Assembly (NCBI GenBank): GCA_002727315.1
Contig: PBWR01000007.1
Span: 204,005-268,004, forward strand
DNA length: 64,000 nucleotides
From: Alphaproteobacteria bacterium
GTDB lineage: Bacteria; Pseudomonadota; Alphaproteobacteria; UBA6615
Direction: 5' to 3'
Numbering within the stretch: the first letter of the stretch is position 1; each line of letters begins with the position of its first letter. Below, in pieces: positions 57,077 through 64,000 of this stretch. The translations under genes and the position numbers were made by a program. The notes under the pieces were generated by a model. It was not told the DNA's origin. It saw nothing but the letters and a program-made list of their open reading frames with translations, and did not search any database.

Positions 57077-57952
57077 CTATTCGCCGTTGCCGTTCGGGTC
57101 GGGCATGCCGACCGTGTGGAAGCCGCAATCCACATAATGGATCTCGCCGGTGACCGCCTTGGACAGATCCGACAGCAGGTAGAGGCCGGCACCGCCCACA
57201 TCGTCGAGCACCACGTTGCGGCGGAGCGGCGAGCTCTCCCGGTTGTAGTTGTAGACCTGGCGCGCCGAGCCGACGGCGGAGCCCGCCAGCGTGCGCATGG
57301 GCCCGGCCGAGACCGCGTTGACCCGCACCCCGTCGGGGCCGAGGTCGGAGGCCAGGTAGCGCACGGAGGCTTCCAGCGCCGCCTTGGCGACGCCCATCAC
57401 GTTGTAGTTGGGCATGACGGCCTGGGCGCCGTGATAGGTGAGCGTCAGCAGCGAGCCGCTGCCGTTCATCATCGCCGCGGCGCGCTGGGCGACGGCGGTG
57501 AAGGAATAGCAAGACACGTTCATTGTGTGCAGGAAGTTCTCCTGGCTGGTGTTCATGTACCGGCCCTTGAGCTCTTCCTTGTCGGAATACGCGATGGCGT
57601 GGACCACGAAGTCGATCCCGTCCCAGGTCTCGCCGATGGCCTCGAAAGCTTTATCGAGACTGTCCACGTCCGACGCGTCGCACTGGACCATGGCGGCCGC
57701 GTCGACGGATTCGGCGAGCGGGCCGACCCGCCGCGCGAAGCTGTCCGACTGATAGGTGAAGGCCAGGCTCGCGCCCTGGGCCGCGACGGCCTGGGCGATG
57801 CCCCAGGCGATCGAGTGATCGTTGGCGACGCCCATGATCAGGCCTCGCTTTCCGGCCATCAGGTTTCCGGTGGCGGGTTGTCCGTCCATGCTGTCGGCCT
57901 GTTTCAGGGTTGCGGGGCGGGGTTCGGCGGAGGGTGCGCGTGCATCAGCCAT
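57077..57952 (-). CDS. fabI: Enoyl-[acyl-carrier-protein] reductase (NADH) FabI
   Basis: 291 aa. GKRGLIMGVANDHSIAWGIA, with Y-x6-K in VMPNYNVMGVAKAALEA. An internal ATG at 57889 is an alternative start. Confidence 0.92.
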   Translation of the reverse strand: MADARAPSAEPRPATLKQADSMDGQPATGNLMAGKRGLIMGVANDHSIAWGIAQAVAAQGASLAFTYQSDSFARRVGPLAESVDAAAMVQCDASDVDSLDKAFEAIGETWDGIDFVVHAIAYSDKEELKGRYMNTSQENFLHTMNVSCYSFTAVAQRAAAMMNGSGSLLTLTYHGAQAVMPNYNVMGVAKAALEASVRYLASDLGPDGVRVNAVSAGPMRTLAGSAVGSARQVYNYNRESSPLRRNVVLDDVGGAGLYLLSDLSKAVTGEIHYVDCGFHTVGMPDPNGNGE

Positions 57953-57955
57953 GGC

Positions 57956-59191
57956 TCAGCCCCCGTGGCGCTGGAAGGCTAGCGTCGCGTTGGTGCCGCC
58001 GAAGCCGAAGCTGTTCGACATCACGATGTTGAGCCCGGCATCGTCGATCCGCTCGGTGACGATGTTGGCATCGCCGGCCTCGGGGTCCAGCGCCTCGACA
58101 TTGGCCGAGGCGGCCACGAAGTCATGCTCCAGCATCAGCAGCGAGTAGATCGCCTCATGGGCGCCGGTCGCGCCCTGGGAATGACCCGTGAGCGACTTGG
58201 TCGAGGCCACTTTCGGGCGGTGGGCGCCGAACACCTCCTGGATCGCCGCCAGCTCGATCATGTCGCCGACCGGCGTCGAGGTGCCGTGGGCGTTGATATA
58301 GTCGACGGTCTGGTTGCCGAGCCCGGCGGTCGCTATGCGCATGCAGCGCACCGCGCCTTCGCCCGACGGGGCGACCATGTCGACCCCGTCCGATGTGGCG
58401 CCGTAGCCGACCACCTCGGCGTAGATCTGGGCGCCGCGCGCCTTGGCCCGCTCCATCTCCTCGAGGACGACCACGCCGGAGCCGCCGGCAATGACGAACC
58501 CGTCGCGGCTGGCGTCATAGGGTCGCGAGGCGCGTTCGGGCGTGTCGTTGTACTTCGATGACAGCGCCCCCATGGCGTCGAACAGCACGGTCAGGGTCCA
58601 GTGCAGCTCTTCCGCGCCGCCGGCGAAGACCACATCCTGCTTGCCCATCTGGATCAGCTCGGTGCCGTTGCCGATGCAGTGCGCGCTGGTCGAGCAGGCG
58701 GAGCTGATCGAATAGCTGAGACCACGCATCTTGAACGCCGTCGACATGTTCGCCGACAGGGTCGAGCACATGGCCTTGGGCACGGCATAGGGGCCGACCC
58801 GCTTGGGGCCCTTCTCGCGGGCAATGTCGACCGCCTCGACCTGGGCCGAGGTGGACGGGCCTCCCGAACCCATGACGAGGCCGGTGCGTTCGTCGTGTAT
58901 GTCGGCGTCGTCCAAGCCGGCATCGGCGATCGCCTCGCTCATGGCGATGTAATTGTAGGCCGCGCCGTCGCCCATGAAGCGGCGCAGCTTGCGGTCGATG
59001 AAATTGTCGAAGTCGACATCCGGCGCGCCGTGCACATGGGAGCGGAATCCCATCTCGGCATAGGTGTCGCAATGGACGATGCCCGAGCGGCCGGCCTTGA
59101 GGCTTTCGGTCACCTCGACGGTATTGGCGCCGATCGGCGAGACGATGCCTAGGCCGGTGACGGCGACCCGGCGCAAACCGTTTGTGCTCAT
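57956..59191 (-). CDS. fabB: 3-oxoacyl-[ACP] synthase I (KAS I)
   Basis: Start at the ATG at 59191, overlapping the fabA TGA. Near-collinear similarity to E. coli FabB ([40 protein letters not shown]). Confidence 0.93.
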   Translation of the reverse strand: MSTNGLRRVAVTGLGIVSPIGANTVEVTESLKAGRSGIVHCDTYAEMGFRSHVHGAPDVDFDNFIDRKLRRFMGDGAAYNYIAMSEAIADAGLDDADIHDERTGLVMGSGGPSTSAQVEAVDIAREKGPKRVGPYAVPKAMCSTLSANMSTAFKMRGLSYSISSACSTSAHCIGNGTELIQMGKQDVVFAGGAEELHWTLTVLFDAMGALSSKYNDTPERASRPYDASRDGFVIAGGSGVVVLEEMERAKARGAQIYAEVVGYGATSDGVDMVAPSGEGAVRCMRIATAGLGNQTVDYINAHGTSTPVGDMIELAAIQEVFGAHRPKVASTKSLTGHSQGATGAHEAIYSLLMLEHDFVAASANVEALDPEAGDANIVTERIDDAGLNIVMSNSFGFGGTNATLAFQRHGG

Positions 59192-59718
59192 CACTTGCTC
59201 CCTTCGCGCGGCGGAAACAGGCCGACGCGCAGGCCGGTGGTGGTATAGACCGTCTCGCCGTCGAGCTCGGCGATCCCGTCGGCGACCGCCACGGCGAAGC
59301 CGCGCTTGATCACCTTCTGCACATCGATCCGGTAGCGCAGAAGCATGCCCTCGGGCTTCACCTCGCCGGCGAACTTCACCTCGCCGACACCCAGCGCGCG
59401 CCCTGGCCCGGGCAGGCCCTGCCAGCCGAGGAAGAAGCCGAGCATCTGCCACAGGGCATCCAGTCCCAGGCAGCCCGGCATGATGGGGTCGCCCTCGAAA
59501 TGGCAGCCGTAGAACCAGAGGTCGTCCTTGATGTCGAACTCGGCGACGATCAGGCCGTTGCCATGCTCACCGCCATCGACGGAGATCTCGGTGATACGGT
59601 CGAACATCAGCATCGGCGGCAGCGGCAGTTGCGCGTTGCCGGGGCCGAAAAGCTCGCCGTGGCCGCATTTGATCAGGTCTTCGTAGCTAAAACTGAATTT
59701 CTGAGTGAGACCGTCCAT
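59191..59718 (-). CDS. fabA: 3-hydroxydecanoyl-[ACP] dehydratase/isomerase
   Basis: 175 aa. [16 protein letters not shown]...[24 protein letters not shown]. Confidence 0.95.
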   Translation of the reverse strand: MDGLTQKFSFSYEDLIKCGHGELFGPGNAQLPLPPMLMFDRITEISVDGGEHGNGLIVAEFDIKDDLWFYGCHFEGDPIMPGCLGLDALWQMLGFFLGWQGLPGPGRALGVGEVKFAGEVKPEGMLLRYRIDVQKVIKRGFAVAVADGIAELDGETVYTTTGLRVGLFPPREGSK

Positions 59719-59786
59719 GCCCGCTTCGCTCGTAAATCTATGTGCCAGAAGTGACTAAAGCCGTTCTAACAGGAGTTTTGGGGACT

Positions 59787-59803
59787 GTCCGCAATTTGCG
59801 GAC
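59787..59803. promoter_or_regulatory. Perfect 17-bp palindrome (candidate operator) in the fabA-irr divergent intergenic region
   Basis: GTCCGCAA-T-TTGCGGAC, with 8-bp perfect arms. It lies about 70-85 bp upstream of the fabA start. No known consensus is assigned. Confidence 0.3.
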
Positions 59804-59967
59804 GGTTTGTTCGAAATTTCGCTCAGCGTGACACTGCACCGGGTGTTCGTAAAGGGTCTCGGGGCATTCCGGCCCTGTGGGCACTGTCGTTCGCTGTTGA
59901 TAAAGTTTCATCAAGTGTAATGGGTTATCGCATTGTTTCGAAAGATTCCTCTTTACATGTCCGTCGA

Positions 59968-60435
59968 ATGACCCATATTGGACCCATGGACAAAAACAGC
60001 GATCTCCAGCGGCAGCGGCCCTTCGCAGGAACCCTCGCGCGCCTCAAAAGTGCGGGCCTGCGCCCGACCCGGCAGCGTCTCGCCCTGGGCAAGCTGCTGT
60101 TCGATGCGGGCGACCGCCATGTCACGGCCGAGCAGCTGCACGGCGAGGCGGACGCGCAGGGCATCAAGGTGTCCCTGGCGACGGTCTACAACACGCTGAA
60201 CCAGTTCAGCACCTCGGGCCTGCTGCGCGAGGTGGTGGTGGCGCCGGGCCGGTCGTACTTCGACACAAATGTCGACGATCACCATCATTTCTTTTACGAA
60301 GACGACGCCACGCTGCAGGACATCCCCGGCGATCAGATTGCGCTGGCGGCCCTGCCGGATGCGCCGGCGGATGCCGAAGTCGCACGCGTCGACGTGATTG
60401 TCCGGCTGCGCCGCACGGACGAGAATCGTTCTTAA
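59968..60435 (+). CDS. irr: Iron response regulator Irr (Fur family)
   Basis: LKSAGLRPTRQRLALGKLLF...VSLATVYNTLNQ...YFDTNVDDHHHFFYE closely parallels Bradyrhizobium Irr, including the HHH motif. It is divergent from fabA, as in rhizobia. The start is uncertain (59920, 59968 or 59986). Confidence 0.85.
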   Translation: MTHIGPMDKNSDLQRQRPFAGTLARLKSAGLRPTRQRLALGKLLFDAGDRHVTAEQLHGEADAQGIKVSLATVYNTLNQFSTSGLLREVVVAPGRSYFDTNVDDHHHFFYEDDATLQDIPGDQIALAALPDAPADAEVARVDVIVRLRRTDENRS

Positions 60436-60469
60436 TTAACCCCGCTTATTACAGTTAGATATTTTTCTG

Positions 60470-60486
60470 TTTGGAATTGTTCTAAA
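60470..60486 (+). promoter_or_regulatory. Iron control element (ICE / Irr box)
   Basis: TTTGGAA-TTG-TTCTAAA against the ICE consensus TTTAGAA-N3-TTCTAAA: one mismatch in 14 defined positions. It abuts the -35 of the rubrerythrin promoter. Confidence 0.6.
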
Positions 60487-60489
60487 CTA

Positions 60490-60518
60490 TTGACTCGCGC
60501 TGCCCGTGCAATCATATT
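60490..60518 (+). promoter_or_regulatory. Candidate sigma70 promoter of the rubrerythrin operon
   Basis: TTGACT-N17-CATATT, about 120 nt upstream of the ATG at 60639. Confidence 0.45.
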
Positions 60519-60638
60519 GGTAGGGCAGGCAGTTTCCGGGGCGGCGGTTTGTTCATTGACCGGCCGGCCCGCGACCGCAAAACGCCCGGTTGGGGGTGGA
60601 ACTGAAGACGAAACGACAAACCGATTAGGAGGCGTGTG

Positions 60639-61055
60639 ATGGCGCTCAAGGGTTCCAAGACCGAAGACAATCTCAAGGAAGCGTTTGCCGGCGAAAGCCA
60701 GGCCAACCGCCGTTATCTCTACTTCGCCCAGAAGGCGGATGTGGAAGGCTACAACGATGTCGCCGCAGTGTTTCGCTCGACCGCCGAGGGCGAGACGGGC
60801 CATGCCCATGGCCATCTCGAATTCCTCGAGGAGGTCGGTGATCCGGCCACCGGCGAGCCGATCGGCGCGACGTCTGACAACCTCAAGGCCGCGGTTGCCG
60901 GTGAGACCCACGAGTACACCGACATGTATCCCGGCATGGCGCGCACCGCGCGCGATGAAGGTTTCGAGGAAATCGCCGACTGGTTCGAGACACTTGCCAA
61001 GGCTGAGAAGAGCCACGCGGGTCGTTTCCAGAAGGCGCTCGACGACCTCGACTGA
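60639..61055 (+). CDS. Rubrerythrin-family diiron protein without rubredoxin domain (erythrin-like)
   Basis: ATG at 60639, 6 nt after TAGGAGG. Two ExxH diiron motifs ([22 protein letters not shown]) plus GESQANRRY and GETHEYT. Confidence 0.9.
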   Translation: MALKGSKTEDNLKEAFAGESQANRRYLYFAQKADVEGYNDVAAVFRSTAEGETGHAHGHLEFLEEVGDPATGEPIGATSDNLKAAVAGETHEYTDMYPGMARTARDEGFEEIADWFETLAKAEKSHAGRFQKALDDLD

Positions 61056-61197
61056 TTTTACCCGGGGCCGCGCGCCTGACGCCGGCCCCGGTTCCAGTAC
61101 TTGCCCGATCGAGATCAGGCCGGTGCCGAGGGGCAGACGGTCGGAGGGATAGTTGCGCCCGTGAAGGCCCGAAGGCCGTGAAGAAAGGGAGCGAAGA

Positions 61198-62583
61198 ATG
61201 AGCGATGCAGACGGTGGCGCCACGCCGCGCGAGGGAAGCCTTGATGCACCCACCCGGCACCCGATCGACTGGCTGGATTCGGACTTCTATGACGAGGAAA
61301 AGCTCGACGAGGAGCTGCGCCGGGTCTTCGATATCTGTCATGGCTGCCGGCGCTGCTTCAATCTCTGCGATTCCTTCCCCCGCCTGTTCGACCTGATCGA
61401 CGAGGCCGAGACCGGCGAACTCGACAGTGTCGACAGCGCCGATTTCAAACCGGTCGTGGATGCCTGCACCCTGTGTGACATGTGCTTCATGACTAAGTGC
61501 CCCTATGTGCCGCCGCACGAATTCAATCTCGACTTTCCCCATCTGATGCTGCGCTATCGCGCGGTCGAGGCGAAGAAAGACGGGGTGGGCTGGAACGAGC
61601 GCCAGCTGACCCAGACCGACCGGAATGGCCGGCTGGCCGGCAAGGTCGCCGGGCTGGCCAATTGGGGTTCGGACCGGGGCAACAAGCTGACCCGCCCCGT
61701 CATCGAGGCGGTCGCGGGCGTGCACCGCGAAGCCTACCTGCCGAAATATGCGCCGACATCGAAGAGCTTTGTGCGCCAGGCCGAGACATCGCCGCCGGCG
61801 ATCAACACCAGCGCGCCGGCCCACGGCCGCGAGGCGATCCTGTATGCGACCTGTTTCGTCAACTACAACAAGCCCGACACCGGCGTGCTGGCCCAGCGCA
61901 TCCTCGCGCAGAACGGCGTCAAGACGAGCGCGCTCCACCCGGCCTGTTGCGGCATGCCGCAGCTGGAGCAGGGCGAGATCGGCCAGGTGGCCGATCTCGC
62001 GACGACCGTCGCCGCGGCCTTCCGGCCCCATGTCGATGCGGGCAAGGACATCATCGCGCTGACCCCGTCCTGTGCCCTGATGCTCAAGTTCGAATGGCCC
62101 CTGATTGTGCCCGACGACGAAGACGTAAAGGCCCTGTCGGCCGCGACCCGCGATATCACCGAATACATCGTCGATATCGCGAAGAACGAGGGCCTGGCCG
62201 ACGGGCTGTCGGCGCTGCCCGACCCGGTCGCGCTGCACCTGGCGTGTCATGCTCGGGCCCAGAACATGGGCCAGAAGGCGGCCGAGATGCTGCGCCTGAT
62301 CCCCGAGGTCGACCTCAAAGTGATCGAACGCTGCTCGGGCCATGGCGGCTCGTGGGGCATCATGAAGGAGAACTTCGACACCGCGATCAAGGTCGGGCGG
62401 CCGGTCGCCCGCCAGGCGAAGGAAAGCCGCTTTATCGTGTCGGAATGTCCGCTGGCGGCCGACCACATCCTGCAGGGTGTCGAGAAGCAGCTCGACGAGG
62501 GTGAGCCCGCCCCGTCGCGCACCTATCACCCGGTGGAAATGTTCGCGCTCGCCTACGGGCTGGCACCGGAACTGAGTTCCTAA
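61198..62583 (+). CDS. HdrD/GlpC-like Fe-S protein (2x[4Fe-4S] ferredoxin motifs plus two CCG domains)
   Basis: 461 aa. CHGCRRCFNLC and CTLCDMCFMTKCP, then Cys-rich CCG-type segments (TCFVNYN...PACCGMP; LACHARAQ...ERCSGHGG). Confidence 0.85.
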   Translation: MSDADGGATPREGSLDAPTRHPIDWLDSDFYDEEKLDEELRRVFDICHGCRRCFNLCDSFPRLFDLIDEAETGELDSVDSADFKPVVDACTLCDMCFMTKCPYVPPHEFNLDFPHLMLRYRAVEAKKDGVGWNERQLTQTDRNGRLAGKVAGLANWGSDRGNKLTRPVIEAVAGVHREAYLPKYAPTSKSFVRQAETSPPAINTSAPAHGREAILYATCFVNYNKPDTGVLAQRILAQNGVKTSALHPACCGMPQLEQGEIGQVADLATTVAAAFRPHVDAGKDIIALTPSCALMLKFEWPLIVPDDEDVKALSAATRDITEYIVDIAKNEGLADGLSALPDPVALHLACHARAQNMGQKAAEMLRLIPEVDLKVIERCSGHGGSWGIMKENFDTAIKVGRPVARQAKESRFIVSECPLAADHILQGVEKQLDEGEPAPSRTYHPVEMFALAYGLAPELSS

Positions 62584-62599
62584 AGACGGAGAAGAATAG

Positions 62600-63193
62600 A
62601 TGGCCGCACCACGCGAGATCACGCGCGAAGACATTATCGGCATGGACGAATACGGCCGCACCCGCAAGGACCGGCGTGCCGCCCTGGTCGCCCGCAAGAA
62701 GAACCGGCGGGTTGCGATCGGTCCCTACGCGACGGCCTATTTCGAGTGCTACGAGACCATGTGGCACCAGGTCCACGAGATGCTGTTCATCGAGCGCGGC
62801 GGCGAGGAACAGATCGCCGACGAGTTGAGTGCCTACAACCCGCTGATCCCCAATGGGCGCGAGCTAGTGGCGACGGTGATGTTCGAGATCGACGACGAGG
62901 TGCGCCGCAAGATGGTGCTTTCGAAGCTCGGCGGGGTCGAGGAAACCGCCTTCCTCAAATTCGCCGGCGAGACGGTGGCGGGCGTGCCGGAAGAAGATGT
63001 CGACCGGACCAATGCGGCGGGCAAGGCGAGCTCGGTCCAGTTCATCCATTTCCCGTTCACTGACGAGCAGGCCGCGGTATTCGCGACGACCGGCACCGAG
63101 GTGACCCTGGGTTTCACCCACCCCGACTATGCGCATATGACGATCTTGACCGATGACGTCCGCGGCGAACTAGCCGGCGACTTCGACGCCTGA
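62600..63193 (+). CDS. DUF3501 family protein
   Basis: 197 aa. YFECYETMWHQVHEMLFIERGGEEQIADELSAYNPLIPNGRELVATVMFEIDD matches my recollection of the conserved DUF3501 core. It starts 16 nt after the Fe-S protein gene. Confidence 0.75.
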   Translation: MAAPREITREDIIGMDEYGRTRKDRRAALVARKKNRRVAIGPYATAYFECYETMWHQVHEMLFIERGGEEQIADELSAYNPLIPNGRELVATVMFEIDDEVRRKMVLSKLGGVEETAFLKFAGETVAGVPEEDVDRTNAAGKASSVQFIHFPFTDEQAAVFATTGTEVTLGFTHPDYAHMTILTDDVRGELAGDFDA

Positions 63194-63199
63194 TCCGGC

Positions 63200-63745
63200 T
63201 CAGCGGCCGACGGTTTCACCCGCGTAGACACCCCACAGGGCCTCGCGGGGCAGCCAGCCGTCAACATTATGGCTATTGACCGCGACCCGGCACCAGGCCT
63301 GGTTGCATTCATCGAGCTTCACGATCACGCCTTCACCGATGAACGCCGCGACCAGCGCCCGGGAGTCCGGCTGCTGCCGGACGCGAACCTCGGCTTCGGT
63401 CACGACGGCCATCCGTTTGCCAGACAGCATGGATTTGTGGACCCAGCCGACGGTGCCGTCGGGCATCCGGACCTGGCGCCAGTTCTCGAACTCCGCCACC
63501 ACCTCCGCCGGCAGGTTCCGCCGCTGCAGCACCCAGTCGATGGGATAGCGCGCCCCAGGCCCGGTGCGCATGTTCGCTTCCTTGGCGCGGATGCTGACCC
63601 AGCGCGGGATCGTCAGCCCGGACGGGTTGCGGATCTGCTGCGATGCCGTCTCGTTCTGCTGAGCTGTGGCGGGCCCATCCGCGAGGACAGTGAAGGATGC
63701 TACCACAAGCGCGCCGAGCAGGGCGGGAAACGGCCGAAAAACCAT
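63200..63745 (-). CDS. Exported SH3b-domain protein (two bacterial SH3-like repeats)
   Basis: Start at the ATG at 63745 (signal peptide MVFRPFPALLGALVVASFTVLA). Contains RWVSIRAKEANMRTGPGARYPIDW and GWVHKSML...VRVRQQPD...CNQAWCRV...GWLPREALWGVY. Confidence 0.75.
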   Translation of the reverse strand: MVFRPFPALLGALVVASFTVLADGPATAQQNETASQQIRNPSGLTIPRWVSIRAKEANMRTGPGARYPIDWVLQRRNLPAEVVAEFENWRQVRMPDGTVGWVHKSMLSGKRMAVVTEAEVRVRQQPDSRALVAAFIGEGVIVKLDECNQAWCRVAVNSHNVDGWLPREALWGVYAGETVGR

Positions 63746-63861
63746 GTCTAGCCGTCTATCGAACGGTGTTGCGCCGGTCAAGCGCGGGAAATGCAGGGCC
63801 GCGCTTGCGCCGAGCGGGGCTTCCGCGATAATCGGGGCGGAATACGGCACAAGAGGGGGAC

Positions 63862-64000
63862 ATGCCGGACACCAGACCCACCGTCATCGTGACGCGCAAG
63901 CTTCCCGAGGTCACCGAGACCCGGATGAAGGAGCTGTTCGACACGCGCCTCAATGATGACGACACGCCGATGAGTGAGGCGGCGCTGGTGGCGGCCATGC
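63862..64000 (+). CDS. D-isomer-specific 2-hydroxyacid dehydrogenase (glyoxylate/hydroxypyruvate reductase-like), 5' end only
   Basis: Not in the track because there is no stop in the window. ATG at 63862 after AGAGGGGG. MPDTRPTVIVTRKLPEVTETRMKELFDTRLNDDDTPMSEAALVAAM is a typical N-terminus for this family. Confidence 0.55.
   Translation, partial: MPDTRPTVIVTRKLPEVTETRMKELFDTRLNDDDTPMSEAALVAAM

Overview
GC-rich, strongly GC3-biased chromosomal core segment with typical alphaproteobacterial synteny. I recognise about 60 genes. In order: a DUF1848 fragment, dnaK-dnaJ, dapB, nth, a bactofilin locus and adenosine kinase. Then the complete phosphate cluster phoR-pstSCAB-phoU-phoB (minus strand), maeB, mutS, glnD, murJ, trpS and an Nfu-type Fe-S scaffold. 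Next come a small cell-wall enzyme group, tsaB-rimI, mucR, fur-olsB-olsA, miaB-phoH-ybeY-corC-lnt, metK and trmB. The rimP-nusA-ylxR-infB-rbfA-truB-rpsO-pnp block follows, then fabI-fabB-fabA (minus strand). The window ends with irr followed by a rubrerythrin / HdrD-like Fe-S / DUF3501 trio. I found no rRNA, tRNA, CRISPR array, IS or phage genes. The best candidate for an undescribed system is that trio: it has no assigned function as far as I know, and it sits directly behind irr and a near-perfect Irr iron-control element. Other points are three decayed genes (miaB with an in-frame TAG, a multiply damaged adenylate cyclase remnant, a truncated ZIP transporter) and an unannotated 42-aa membrane ORF in the bactofilin locus. 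There is also a promoter-plus-terminator leader ahead of rimP, a pstS-pstC intercistronic terminator, a three-repeat Pho box, and several palindromic candidate operators. All functional calls rest on my recognition of translated motifs and on synteny. No database search was run.
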